Virus record (IMG/VR): IMGVR_UViG_3300028638_000008
Coordinates: 10,464 to 74,463 of that record
Reading direction: 5' to 3' (one strand)
Length of the DNA stretch: 64,000 nucleotides
DNA from: a virus
Taxonomy: Duplodnaviria > Caudoviricetes
The notes under the pieces are model-generated. The model saw nothing but the letters and a program-made list of their open reading frames with translations. It was not told where the DNA came from and made no database searches. The position numbers and the translations under genes were made by a program. Shown piece after piece: positions 52,307 through 61,907 of the stretch. Within the stretch, counting starts at the first letter, position 1. The number at the start of each line of letters is the position of its first letter.

Positions 52307-52957
52307 GCGAATCAGCCAAACAAGCGCATCGACCGGCAGAACCGTCGCGCCTTTCATGGCAACCTTAATCACACCCTTGTCGTTTGCCGTTACATTAGCC
52401 TTGCCAATCGGCATATTCAGCACGCCTGACACCGATTTCAGCTCATGGTTGCGGGCGTCAAGGCAATTATATTCCGAATAAGTATCAAGTTTTCCCGCCA
52501 TGCTAACGGTTTTAACAGGGTTTTCTTTTGGGTTTTTGACTTTAACACTTTTGCAAAGCTCAAAACGGCTCTGAAGATTATGCAAATCTTCAAACTCAAA
52601 GCTAATTCGATTGGCGGTAGCAAAATCGTTGTTAATAAAGCTGCCAAGCAGTTTAATTGCCGAACTTGCGCCCCATGCGAAAAGAAAGCCATTGCTGATT
52701 GCAAATTCTGCCGTTTTAATGCGCTTCTTGGCTTCTGAAACGGTTATGCCGTCAACGATGTTTTCAGTTTCGTAAGGTTCGACAAAGCTAAAATAACCGC
52801 GTGTGATTGTTTCGGAAAATTCATAATCCGAAAAGCCCGGCGTTTCAGTTTCAAGATTAAACTTTTCGGCGTTGTCGATTGCCTCTTTTGCGTTGCCTTC
52901 AAAGTCGAAGGCGGTAACGCTAATTCTGCCTGATGGTAATTCTATTTCGTTTAACAT
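52286..52957 (-). CDS. Hypothetical protein
   Basis: 223-aa ORF, RBS AAGGA. Confidence 0.65.
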   Translation of the reverse strand: MLNEIELPSGRISVTAFDFEGNAKEAIDNAEKFNLETETPGFSDYEFSETITRGYFSFVEPYETENIVDGITVSEAKKRIKTAEFAISNGFLFAWGASSAIKLLGSFINNDFATANRISFEFEDLHNLQSRFELCKSVKVKNPKENPVKTVSMAGKLDTYSEYNCLDARNHELKSVSGVLNMPIGKANVTANDKGVIKVAMKGATVLPVDALVWLIRLIHNAE

Positions 52958-52959
52958 TT

Positions 52960-53145
52960 TTATTCCTTTATTTCTGGTAAGTTTCTAATAACTCCGGCGT
53001 TCATCTGCACGACAACGCCGCTAGCCAGTTTCACAAGAGCGCCTTTGTCTGCAAATGAACGCTCTACGGTGCCAATAATTTCAGCGCCTTGCGGGATTGC
53101 CCCCGCGTAGAGGCGGCCTTCGGTTTTGTTGGTGGTTGTTTTCAT
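52960..53145 (-). CDS. Hypothetical protein
   Basis: LYAGAIPQGAEIIGTV..GAL..G..VQ.NAG..R.L. Confidence 0.6.
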   Translation of the reverse strand: MKTTTNKTEGRLYAGAIPQGAEIIGTVERSFADKGALVKLASGVVVQMNAGVIRNLPEIKE

Positions 53146-53390
53146 GCGTTAAGCGCCTTTAAAGTTGCAGCGCGGCTGCGGTCGTATTCTTTATTGGCTT
53201 TGTCGTTTTCGGTCATTTTGTATTCTGGAGCTTCGTAGCTCCAACTAATCACTTCACCGCGACCTGCGGCCTTAGTGTTTTCGTTAATCTTATCGGCAAG
53301 AGTCTGACTCATGGTGCCAAATTTGGCAGTTACATCAAGAGTTTCAATACTGCCATCAGGTCTTTTGATAGTTACGAGTGCTTTTTTCAT
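53142..53390 (-). CDS. Hypothetical protein
   Basis: ATG 53390 with RBS GAGGTG. Confidence 0.6.
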   Translation of the reverse strand: MKKALVTIKRPDGSIETLDVTAKFGTMSQTLADKINENTKAAGRGEVISWSYEAPEYKMTENDKANKEYDRSRAATLKALNA

Positions 53391-53433
53391 TTTTTCCACC
53401 TCTTTTTAATTTCGCGCCCCTGCGCATGATTTA

Positions 53434-53462
53434 AATATAAACCATTCAAAATAAAATTGCAA
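53434..53462 (-). promoter_or_regulatory. Early sigma70 promoter (TTGCAA-N17-TATATT)
   Basis: Repeated promoter family. Confidence 0.75.
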
Positions 53463-53581
53463 GTATTTTTTTTATTTATTTTTCACATCTTTTAAAAGCC
53501 GCTTCCATGCCCGCCTTGCCTTATCTCTTTCGCCATTCAACCATTCAGTCGTAAGTTTGTTGATTACTTCTTTTGTGTATT

Positions 53582-53785
53582 TCATAGCCCCATCACCTCC
53601 GTTAATTCTTCATCGCTCAAGTTTTCAAGCGCGTTACTCACCACATCATCGGTTATTGCATTGGTTATCGTTTCAATGCGCTCTACGCTCGCCAATTCAG
53701 CCGCCCGCGCATTATGTTCAGCCGTTGCTGCAAGCATCGCCAATGTCATTAAAATCGCCGCCACCACAAGAAAAACATCTTTCAT
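53582..53785 (-). CDS. Hypothetical protein with N-terminal hydrophobic segment
   Basis: MKDVFLVVAAILMTLAMLAA; RBS GAGG. Confidence 0.5.
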   Translation of the reverse strand: MKDVFLVVAAILMTLAMLAATAEHNARAAELASVERIETITNAITDDVVSNALENLSDEELTEVMGL

Positions 53786-53848
53786 TTGTTTGCCTCTTTT
53801 TGTTTTATTTCGTTCCTCAATATATATCTGCATTTTGCCCTAAAAACA

Positions 53849-54370
53849 TTAGCACTTTTTTAAACAAACTTCAATTTGTGCGCTGGCACCCATTCTAGTC
53901 TGGTCTAGCTGCGGGTTTGCCGTATAATCATATTTGTTATCTTCGATTCTGCAAAATTCAATCGTGCAAACATCGCTTAAATCGCTTAAAAGCTCTTGCA
54001 TGGTTTGCATATCGAACCGCGAAATGTGATTTTTATTGAACTTCGACGGCCAGATGCCTTTTTCGTAAAGGTAAAAATCCGGCACGGCGAAATAAACATA
54101 ATTCCGCGCCACTCGCAACCATTCACGCAATACCGTTTTCGGGCTTATGAAATGCTCAAGAACATGCGAGGCATAAATAAAATCGAAAGAGTTATCAGCA
54201 AACGGCAGCTTGTGGCTACTCCCATCGGGCAAAGTATGCTGTGTTATTGGCTTGCCGTCTATAATCAATGGGTCATTCCAGCCGCCAATTTCAAGGCCGT
54301 TGCCAACAAAATACTTATCATAAATACCTAGTTTTATGCGCTTTTCAATCAATTTACTTGTTTCATTCAT
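53849..54370 (-). CDS. Class I SAM-dependent methyltransferase (Methyltransf_11-like)
   Basis: GLEIGG..LPFADNSFDFIYASHVLEH..LREWLRV. Confidence 0.85.
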   Translation of the reverse strand: MNETSKLIEKRIKLGIYDKYFVGNGLEIGGWNDPLIIDGKPITQHTLPDGSSHKLPFADNSFDFIYASHVLEHFISPKTVLREWLRVARNYVYFAVPDFYLYEKGIWPSKFNKNHISRFDMQTMQELLSDLSDVCTIEFCRIEDNKYDYTANPQLDQTRMGASAQIEVCLKKC

Positions 54371-54867
54371 TTGAAAAACCACCAATCTGCAACCTGTTCG
54401 CCCTGATTTTGTGCGTAAGAATACGATATTCCGCGCTCTGTGCAGAACTGAATAATCCCGGCGCTTGCCCTGCCATTGTCGGCCCAGTCGTGACCCGCGA
54501 TAATGCCGCCCGATTTTACTTTGTCATACCATGCCGAAAGCTCTTTATAAACGTGCATCGGGGCATGGTTGTCGTCGATATAAAGATAGTCGATTGAATT
54601 ATTATCAAACAGATTTGCAGCACTAATCGCCTCATGCCTGATGATTTCTACATTTTCGCGGCCTTCAAAACGCCGCTTAGTTTCTTCTAGCCAATCAAGG
54701 CAATTTTCGTTGTATGCTGGGTTCCAGTTATCAATCAGGGCTAGTTTTTTAATATTCAGATTATCAAAAATCTTTTGAGCGTTTGCCCCGGCTGCTACGC
54801 CCAACTCAACCGCTACCACCGGCCTATCTTCAAAAGTTTTAACTGCCATTTTCAGCGATTCACGCAT
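54367..54867 (-). CDS. Class I SAM-dependent methyltransferase (Methyltransf_24-like)
   Basis: VELGV..G.NA..IDNW..DYLYID..H..W..KVK.GG.I.GHDW. Confidence 0.85.
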   Translation of the reverse strand: MRESLKMAVKTFEDRPVVAVELGVAAGANAQKIFDNLNIKKLALIDNWNPAYNENCLDWLEETKRRFEGRENVEIIRHEAISAANLFDNNSIDYLYIDDNHAPMHVYKELSAWYDKVKSGGIIAGHDWADNGRASAGIIQFCTERGISYSYAQNQGEQVADWWFFK

Positions 54868-55507
54868 TATATTTTTCTCCTGTCAGGTTCTTTACAAGCT
54901 TATTTGCAATTAAATCAGAAACTACCACTTCTTCGGTTTCAAAGTCGTGCCCATTGCCGTCTTTCGGGTGCCAAGTTTCGTTTATATTGTGCTTTTTGCT
55001 CTTGAAAAAATCAAAACCCGCAATAGCAAGTTCTGATGGTTGATATCGGATTATATCAAGAATAGCACTCACGCCCGTTGTCGGTATGCTGCCGATTGCA
55101 CAAAAGCTACTGATGAAATTGGCGGGCGTTTGTGCAAAATGCTTTGTATTCTGCAGAATCTCTTTTCTAAGCCGCTGAACATATCGAAAATCACCGCTTT
55201 TGCCAGCTATTTCACGACCTTTTGTGTGTTTATTAAAAATAAAATCGAAAGGGTATTTGAAAAACAAAAAAGCCGGGTTATCGCGCCTGATTTTTTCTTC
55301 AATGCCCTTGATAGATCGCCCAAAGAATGAATAATAAACGTCTACGCGGCGGCAGGCGTTAAAATGGGCGTAGTTATTCACTCTCACAATTACGTCGAAC
55401 TGTTCTAATTCTTCTGCCGACACGTTCAGGACACACGGGGCGCTGCCTAAAATTACAACAGATTTATTATTGAAAAAATCAGCAACACAATCTTCATTTA
55501 AGCGCAT
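54860..55507 (-). CDS. GT29 (sialyltransferase-like) glycosyltransferase
   Basis: KSVVILGSAP..FDVIVRVNN..PTTG..AI..IAGFDFF..H..H. Confidence 0.75.
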   Translation of the reverse strand: MRLNEDCVADFFNNKSVVILGSAPCVLNVSAEELEQFDVIVRVNNYAHFNACRRVDVYYSFFGRSIKGIEEKIRRDNPAFLFFKYPFDFIFNKHTKGREIAGKSGDFRYVQRLRKEILQNTKHFAQTPANFISSFCAIGSIPTTGVSAILDIIRYQPSELAIAGFDFFKSKKHNINETWHPKDGNGHDFETEEVVVSDLIANKLVKNLTGEKYNA

Positions 55508-56174
55508 CTGAAAGTCCTTTGTATTCGTTATCCCAAACGAATCTAGTTGATGATTTGCAGCAGACTTTTGAGGGCGTAATCTGTCTTACGAATTCTATCA
55601 TACATTTTCTGATTTTGTCTGAAAAAAACACCAAACATTTTTTATTCAAGCCTTCAGCCAATGCAGTTCCCCAACCTTGCTGACACACAATTAAATCCGC
55701 ACCTTTAAACAAAGCCACCGTTTCAAAGTAGCTCTGACTTTCAATTTCAATCACATTATCATACTTTTCGATTGATTTGTTGGTGATATGCAGCACGCTA
55801 TACCCGCTTGAGCATAAATCGTCGATAATTCGCTGCATTATGGCCTTGTCGGGTATAAATTCCTTATAGCTTGACATGCCCTTATAACCTGCCGCAAGTA
55901 TCGCAATGGGTTTACATTCGATAGCAAAGTCATCGACGCAACCATACCCCATGTCTGCAAGCTGCGTGGTGTTTTCATTGGCCTTGCCTTCCAGATAAGA
56001 GAAGACCTTGTCGCATTTTCTTTCGCGGTTAAATTTTTCAACCTTTACCGGCAGGTGTGCAAAAATATCAGGGTAGTTTGAAAGCAACGTTATATTGCCT
56101 TTTAATGCTTCTTTTCTGACAAGCGGCTCGATATAAATTGCATCGCCAAAGCCCGATAAGCCTCTTATAACCAC
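55494..56174 (-). CDS. GT9-like glycosyltransferase
   Basis: RGLSGFGDAIY..L..YPDIF..ADLIVCQ..TALAEGL.K.CLVFF. Confidence 0.65.
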   Translation of the reverse strand: MVIRGLSGFGDAIYIEPLVRKEALKGNITLLSNYPDIFAHLPVKVEKFNRERKCDKVFSYLEGKANENTTQLADMGYGCVDDFAIECKPIAILAAGYKGMSSYKEFIPDKAIMQRIIDDLCSSGYSVLHITNKSIEKYDNVIEIESQSYFETVALFKGADLIVCQQGWGTALAEGLNKKCLVFFSDKIRKCMIEFVRQITPSKVCCKSSTRFVWDNEYKGLSDALK

Positions 56175-56341
56175 GGTTCAAACTCCTTTTTTGTCTTTTT
56201 CATAAAGCGCGAAACATAACCCCTACACTTATTAAAAAGTGTAGGTAATTCCTTGCCCTTGCAATAGTTTTTAACCTGATTCTGTGTTGCGCGTTTTCGG
56301 CACTGTTCACGGTTTCCGCAACTGTGGCATGTTGTTAGCAT
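56165..56341 (-). CDS. Small Cys-rich hypothetical protein
   Basis: MLTTCHSCGNREQC... Confidence 0.4.
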   Translation of the reverse strand: MLTTCHSCGNREQCRKRATQNQVKNYCKGKELPTLFNKCRGYVSRFMKKTKKEFEPWL

Positions 56342-56556
56342 TTTCTTAACTCCACCAAAACAGCCGACAAATCAAGACTTGCACGTTTTGCGGCTGCGAA
56401 TTTACGAGAGGGCTTCGGCTCGTCTCTGCGACGATAACCGGGGCCGCTGCGTTCAATTTGCATCTGATGTTCTTTTATCTCATCAACCGATATTTCGGCC
56501 AATTTGATAAATCGGCGGGCTTCTTGAATTGCTTTGTTTAGGGTTTCTTTTCTCAT
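56335..56556 (-). CDS. Hypothetical protein
   Basis: ORF track; AAKRASLDLSAVL. Confidence 0.6.
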   Translation of the reverse strand: MRKETLNKAIQEARRFIKLAEISVDEIKEHQMQIERSGPGYRRRDEPKPSRKFAAAKRASLDLSAVLVELRKC

Positions 56557-58217
56557 TTGTTTTCTCCTGTAAATCCGATTAAAAGCGGGCTATTTTTGCC
56601 AAGTAACTGCAAACTGCCGCCTGTAAACCATTTTTCGGCCTGCTCTTGCGTTACTTCAAACTCACTCACAATATCAGCCGGGTTTTTCAGCCAACCATGC
56701 AGCTTGCCTGCCTCAATATTCAAAGCCTGCTGCAACTCTTTTTTCAGCTTAAAATGCACGTTATTGTTTTGATAGCATTTGTATTCAAAAAGCACTGTGT
56801 CATCGTCTGCATAGCAGTATTTTGCCTTGCCGTCTTTTTCAAAATTACTTACGCCCTTGTTTTTAAAGCCAAGAGTATCGGCAACTACGGCCAAGTCCGC
56901 AATGGCGTTATTCATTTTATCCCATTCGTATTTGCTGAAACGATAGCCAATGCTGACTACAAGCCGGTAGTCAAGCGAATATTTGGAGGGTAGCCCCGTT
57001 TTGCCATAACGCCAATGGTCGTTAATCCATCTATCATTGCTTTTATAGGCCCGCACGCCCTCAAAGTTGGTTAAATCTTCGTAAACCTGCAAAAGCTGGT
57101 CTTTGATGTGCTTATTGCCGTTTTCAATAACCCAAACCATAATCGAATACAAGTTTGCTTCTGAAAAGTCAAGGTCTGCAAACCACTTAATGTCTGTCAG
57201 CATTTTCTCACGGGTTTTGTAAGTCAGGCGACTGTTAATCGGCTTCAGCAAATCAAAAGCTGCCTGCCAATAGCGATTTTTAAGGCTTTTAATATCGCTT
57301 CTGACAACCTCAATAATGCCTTTTTTATCAAGCTTGAGCTGTGCCAATAGTTTAAAATCAATCTTGCCAAGCGCCTGAAAAGTTGTCATCATGTGCTGCA
57401 TATCGGCGCGGTAGTTTTCTACAAGCACTCTAATTTTATCGGCGCTGCGTTCTTCTACGTTATCGCGCTTTTCTTCGGCTTCTTCTGCCATTTCCGGCAC
57501 TTCTTCGGCGACTTCAAATTTGCCTATATTTTCTTCAATCCACGCTTCAAAGCTATCTTTTTTCTCTCTGTTTTTACGGTGGATTCTGATTAAATCAACC
57601 TTTGCGCGGGCCGGTCGGTCGGCGTGCAAAAAGTCAAAGCTGCCGATAATTTCAACATCGCCCTTGCTTTCTGCGAGCTGCTTCAGGGCGCTGTCATCTT
57701 TCCATCTTTCAGGCAAAACAAGGTAGATAACAGCTGCGTTTACCTCTTTCAGCAACTTGATACACCATTCGGTGAAAATAGAATACGGCGGGTTTGAAAA
57801 AACAACCGTGTATTGCTTGTCAATAAGCACGGTTTCAAAGTAATCACGCCCGATAATGCCGATACCGCGCCTGATTAAATCATCTGCCTGTGCCCGCGCA
57901 AGCTCAATACCTAGCTTGTTTTTGATGTTAATTTTCTGGCTGCCGTGGCCGAAAAGGTAGTCAATAACACGACCGTCACCGATGCCCACATCTAGGAAAC
58001 TCTGCACGTTAAGCGTATGAATCGGTTGATTCTTTTCATAATTTGTATTGACTGAAAAGCCTTCGGTGTCATTGCGCCAATAGCGTCCGGCACCGTCAGC
58101 AAGGCCAACTTTCAGCAGGTCTTTTTCAAGGACTGCAAGAATTTCATTGGTTGTGGGGTAAAATTCATAATCCTGACCATCTTCTTTTAACTGCAATAAT
58201 TTTTGTTGAATTGACAT
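56553..58217 (-). CDS. DUF4942-domain DNA methyltransferase (NPPY amino-MTase)
   Basis: DYEFYPT, FLD.G.G.G, FSNPPYS; C-terminal W..ND..YKCY.N.NVH.K. Confidence 0.8.
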   Translation of the reverse strand: MSIQQKLLQLKEDGQDYEFYPTTNEILAVLEKDLLKVGLADGAGRYWRNDTEGFSVNTNYEKNQPIHTLNVQSFLDVGIGDGRVIDYLFGHGSQKINIKNKLGIELARAQADDLIRRGIGIIGRDYFETVLIDKQYTVVFSNPPYSIFTEWCIKLLKEVNAAVIYLVLPERWKDDSALKQLAESKGDVEIIGSFDFLHADRPARAKVDLIRIHRKNREKKDSFEAWIEENIGKFEVAEEVPEMAEEAEEKRDNVEERSADKIRVLVENYRADMQHMMTTFQALGKIDFKLLAQLKLDKKGIIEVVRSDIKSLKNRYWQAAFDLLKPINSRLTYKTREKMLTDIKWFADLDFSEANLYSIMVWVIENGNKHIKDQLLQVYEDLTNFEGVRAYKSNDRWINDHWRYGKTGLPSKYSLDYRLVVSIGYRFSKYEWDKMNNAIADLAVVADTLGFKNKGVSNFEKDGKAKYCYADDDTVLFEYKCYQNNNVHFKLKKELQQALNIEAGKLHGWLKNPADIVSEFEVTQEQAEKWFTGGSLQLLGKNSPLLIGFTGENK

Positions 58218-58244
58218 TTTTAACCTCTTTTGTAAATTTTTGTT

Positions 58245-58273
58245 ATCATAACACCATAAAAAGAAAAAAGCAA
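58245..58273 (-). promoter_or_regulatory. sigma70 promoter (TTGCTT-N17-TATGAT)
   Basis: Repeated promoter family variant upstream of the MTase. Confidence 0.65.
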
Positions 58274-58304
58274 GCAGTTTTTTGCCATGCTCAGGGCGAT
58301 TAAA

Positions 58305-59411
58305 TCAATAACTCATTGGCATAATTATTGTCTTGAAAGGCTCATCATCGCCAACACTTTCAAAAACGCCGGGATAACTTGGGCTCGACATTTTCAGCAA
58401 AACTTCATCGGTTCCGACCACTTCAAGAAACTTAGCAATAAAGCCGGCATTGAAAGCGATATTCAGAGGCACACCGTCGAATTTGCAATCAATTTCGGTT
58501 TCGGCTTTGTTCTGTAGATCGTTATTTGCCCATATTTTCACACTATCATGCGAAAAGTCAAAATGCACAAGATTCGATTTGTCGCGGGCAATCGGCGTAA
58601 CCGATTTAATGGCCTGTGAAAGCTCTTTGCGCATAAACTTTACGGTATTCGGTGAATCCTTCGGCAGAACCCGCTTGTAATCCGGGAAACGCCCGTCAAT
58701 AGCCCTTGAAACAAGCGTTATATTGTCTTTTTTGAAAACAAGCTGCTCTTTAAACGTGCCAAATTCAAAGGCGTCAGAGCCGGTAATCATGGCTGAAACA
58801 TCGTTAGCCGCTTTAATCGGTACAATAAATTGTTTTTTGATTTCTTCGGGCACGGTTAAAGTCATTTCGGCAATAGCAAGGCGCTTGCTGTCGGTAGCAA
58901 CGGCAACGGGCATATCGGTAAAATCAATCAACACGGCACGCTGCACCGGGTTTGCATCTTCAAAAGAAGCGGCGGTTGAGGCGCGTTTAAGTGCTTTTGC
59001 GAACTCAGCCGATTTAATTTTTGTCATATTTTCAGAAAGCACGGGCACCGGCGGGAAATCCTCAGCATTAAGCCCGCGAATCGAAAAACGGCTCTTGCCC
59101 ATCGAAAAATCAATCTCATCTTTCTGCGGGTCTGCCGAAACTTCAACCGGGAAAAGAGAGTCCCCCGGCAGGTTTGAAAGCAATTCCTGAAGCAGTTTCG
59201 CGGGTGCGGTAATTTTACCGCATACTGAAACATCAGCCGGAATCTCAATAATACTCATGGCTTCCATATCGGTCGCCACAAGCCGAATTTTATCGCTTTC
59301 GGCCTCGATAAGAATATTGGCAAGAATGGGCCTAACGCCTTTCTGTGCCGTTGCTTTTGCCGCGATTGTTACGGCGTTGAGAAGTTCACTTCGGTCAAGT
59401 TCAAATTTCAT
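58305..59411 (-). CDS. dnaN: DNA polymerase III beta sliding clamp
   Basis: 368 aa; PILANILIEA..LVATDME..G.I..PAK..AEDFP..VATDSKRLA..IDGRFPDY.RV.P..IAFNA.F..IIMPM. Confidence 0.93.
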   Translation of the reverse strand: MKFELDRSELLNAVTIAAKATAQKGVRPILANILIEAESDKIRLVATDMEAMSIIEIPADVSVCGKITAPAKLLQELLSNLPGDSLFPVEVSADPQKDEIDFSMGKSRFSIRGLNAEDFPPVPVLSENMTKIKSAEFAKALKRASTAASFEDANPVQRAVLIDFTDMPVAVATDSKRLAIAEMTLTVPEEIKKQFIVPIKAANDVSAMITGSDAFEFGTFKEQLVFKKDNITLVSRAIDGRFPDYKRVLPKDSPNTVKFMRKELSQAIKSVTPIARDKSNLVHFDFSHDSVKIWANNDLQNKAETEIDCKFDGVPLNIAFNAGFIAKFLEVVGTDEVLLKMSSPSYPGVFESVGDDEPFKTIIMPMSY

Positions 59412-59518
59412 AAATTATCCTTTTTATTTTTTTCCATTTTTGCAATTAGCACACCAAATACCTTTGGACGCGCTGCATAACGCTAATTTGCCACACCACG
59501 GACACATTATTATAATAC

Positions 59519-59743
59519 TCAAATTAAATGTGAATATCTGGATTTTCTTACTTTAAGGTTTTCGGTAACATAACCAAGCCGCATGGCGTCGTATGCTTCC
59601 ATCGGGCTAATAGTGCCGCCCTCTACGGCATCTGCCAAATGAATCCATTGAGTTGCTTCTGACCCTGCGTTTTTGTTTGCCAACTCCATGCACTTATCAT
59701 AAACCGCTTCATGTTTCGGCCATTCTGGATTTCTTTCGTTCAT
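59519..59743 (-). CDS. Hypothetical protein
   Basis: ORF track; RBS. Confidence 0.55.
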   Translation of the reverse strand: MNERNPEWPKHEAVYDKCMELANKNAGSEATQWIHLADAVEGGTISPMEAYDAMRLGYVTENLKVRKSRYSHLI

Positions 59744-59795
59744 TTTATTTTCCCTTTCTTTCGAGCCTTTTTATGCCGTGCTCAGGGCTGGTTGG

Positions 59796-60008
59796 TTAAG
59801 CCTCGATAATCGGGCACATTGAATAACTACCAAGCGGCTTGCAGTGCTCTACGCCGTTATAAAGATAAATGCCGCGCTTGAAAACCTCGTTATGATATTT
59901 CAAGGTAAGCTGTTTTGCGGTTCTTTTCAGCACCTCAAAGCTGAAAATACATTCGTGGTCGCACACACTGCGGGTCGAGTAGGTTTTGCCAACTTCAAAT
60001 TTACTCAT
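59796..60008 (-). CDS. Hypothetical phage protein
   Basis: FEVGKTYSTRSVCDH.C.F.F.V.KRTAK. Confidence 0.65.
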   Translation of the reverse strand: MSKFEVGKTYSTRSVCDHECIFSFEVLKRTAKQLTLKYHNEVFKRGIYLYNGVEHCKPLGSYSMCPIIEA

Positions 60009-60040
60009 ATTTACACCTCGTTTTAATTTCGCACAAATTT

Positions 60041-60069
60041 AATATAACACCACGGGAAAATAATTGCAA
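60041..60069 (-). promoter_or_regulatory. Early sigma70 promoter (TTGCAA-N17-TATATT)
   Basis: Repeated promoter family. Confidence 0.75.
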
Positions 60070-60075
60070 GCAAAA

Positions 60076-60627
60076 TTATTCCCATGCCTTAGAAAATTCG
60101 TGATCTTTGAAAATAGCCGCAATTCCGGTGTTTTGTTTAAGTCGTAAAACCTCGTCGGCGCTCATTCCAAGATGTTTACCGATTTCACAATCAGTCCAAC
60201 CTAGCATGATTAGCTCTGCAACAATATTACTCATCTGTGTTACATTATGCTCTCCACGCGCCCGGTTATGCCTAATTGTGCTTGCCATTCGGTCTTTTAT
60301 TGCCTTGTTTATCACAACCACAGGCACCATTGGCAGTTTGAACTTTTCTGCCGCATTTTTATATCGGTGGGCACCATCAACAACGATATAAATATCATTT
60401 TCAGCATCATAAATCGTTACAATCGGCTGCGTATAGCCATCTTCTTCAATGCTATGCTGCAAAAGCTTCATTTCTGGCGGTGCAACCGCGTTAGGATTGT
60501 ATTCGTTAAATCTTACCTTTTCAATAGGCACAAGTTGAGCAAAAAGGCATGGAAAAGCAATTCTTTTTTCTTCTTCACTAATTTGAACACCTTTTTTCAT
60601 CAAATCAAAAATTTCAGTAGTTTTCAT
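60076..60627 (-). CDS. ibrB: IbrB-like ParB/Srx-domain protein
   Basis: N.YNPNAVAPPEM.LL..SI.EDGYTQPIV..VDG.HR..RMASTIRHNRARG.H..LGM..DEVLRLKQ. Confidence 0.85.
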   Translation of the reverse strand: MKTTEIFDLMKKGVQISEEEKRIAFPCLFAQLVPIEKVRFNEYNPNAVAPPEMKLLQHSIEEDGYTQPIVTIYDAENDIYIVVDGAHRYKNAAEKFKLPMVPVVVINKAIKDRMASTIRHNRARGEHNVTQMSNIVAELIMLGWTDCEIGKHLGMSADEVLRLKQNTGIAAIFKDHEFSKAWE

Positions 60628-61907
60628 AAATTTTTGTATTTCTCCTTCAATTTTTCTAATTTTTCATATTCTTCTTTATTGGCCGAAAATGTTAGGTTTT
60701 TGCACAAATAATCTCCCTTTATAAGCACCTTTGCAATTCTGCGCCAACTTGGAACCTCTTTTTTAGTATCGTTTTCATGCTCATCATTTATATGGACAAT
60801 GTAAACGCCTTCGCTATCTAATGCCTCATTGATTGCGTATTCTTGGGTATAAACATGCTCAATGTCTTTATAAATCTCTTTTCTCCACCATCTCAAAAAA
60901 ACATTTATTCGCCTTAAATAATGCTCTCTCAAAAATGGCGGCATAGTTTTAAGTATTAGCCGCGCCCATTCTTGCCAAGAAACATTTTCAGGCTTTTCAA
61001 TCCGGCCTTTAATAATGTTTTTACCCTTATACAGTTTTGCGAAATTAGCGCCGTAAACTCTGTTAGTCATTCTTGCCCATGTTTCTGGCTCTATTTTACA
61101 AAATAAATCAATATTATCGCGCTGTTCTTCACCGTATGGTTGGCAAATTCTCATGCTGCACAGCGGATAGCCGGCAAGATACATTTTATCGTAAACTGCA
61201 TTGTATTTTTTATCAGACAGATACTTCCAAACGTCTTTAACATCCCAATCGTAAATAGGGTGAACGCTATAAGTATTATGGCCTGTTGATTTTTGTTTTA
61301 ACATCCATTGCTTGCCGTTGTAAAACTCTCTGAATTTCTGCACCCGCATTTTTAAAAAACGATTAAAACTTTCTTGTGTTCTAATGCCGATTATTTGCGC
61401 AACCTTTTCAAGCCCGTGTTTTTCTATCAGAAACTTCGGAAATTCAATAATAAATTCTTCAAATTCCATGCCTACTCGAAAATGATTACCAAATGGGTTA
61501 TTTTTTTCATTTATAATTAACTGATGTTCCGGCATTGGCCGAATCCATTCTGATTTTTTTTCAGAATCCCATGCTAACCATTTCGGCATGTGAAAACTAC
61601 TAGCATTACTCAAATTAAATGGCAGGCACAACCAATAACCGCGCATTTCAAAATCTTTATCACTTGCCAGTTCAAGCAAAAAATCGTTATGAAGTTTGTA
61701 ATGGCCTTCTAGGTCGATTATAAGCGTGTTAAGATAATTTATTCCGCGACTTAATGCGACTTCGCGCATAAGGTGATAGCAAACGGTGCTATCTTTACCG
61801 CCAGAAAATGAAAGCCATATTTCTTCTGGCTTAAAATTGTCATATAAATAGTTTATGCGCTCTAATGCCGCCTCATAAACATTTTGCATTAAATATTTCT
61901 TGCTCAT
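60624..61907 (-). CDS. ibrA: IbrA-like PAPS-reductase-fold / DUF3440 protein
   Basis: NVYEAA.ERI..SFSGGKDS..IGIRTQES.NR..PIYDW..D.W..MRICQPYG..PSWRRIAK..K.D..C..L.F. Confidence 0.85.
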   Translation of the reverse strand: MSKKYLMQNVYEAALERINYLYDNFKPEEIWLSFSGGKDSTVCYHLMREVALSRGINYLNTLIIDLEGHYKLHNDFLLELASDKDFEMRGYWLCLPFNLSNASSFHMPKWLAWDSEKKSEWIRPMPEHQLIINEKNNPFGNHFRVGMEFEEFIIEFPKFLIEKHGLEKVAQIIGIRTQESFNRFLKMRVQKFREFYNGKQWMLKQKSTGHNTYSVHPIYDWDVKDVWKYLSDKKYNAVYDKMYLAGYPLCSMRICQPYGEEQRDNIDLFCKIEPETWARMTNRVYGANFAKLYKGKNIIKGRIEKPENVSWQEWARLILKTMPPFLREHYLRRINVFLRWWRKEIYKDIEHVYTQEYAINEALDSEGVYIVHINDEHENDTKKEVPSWRRIAKVLIKGDYLCKNLTFSANKEEYEKLEKLKEKYKNL

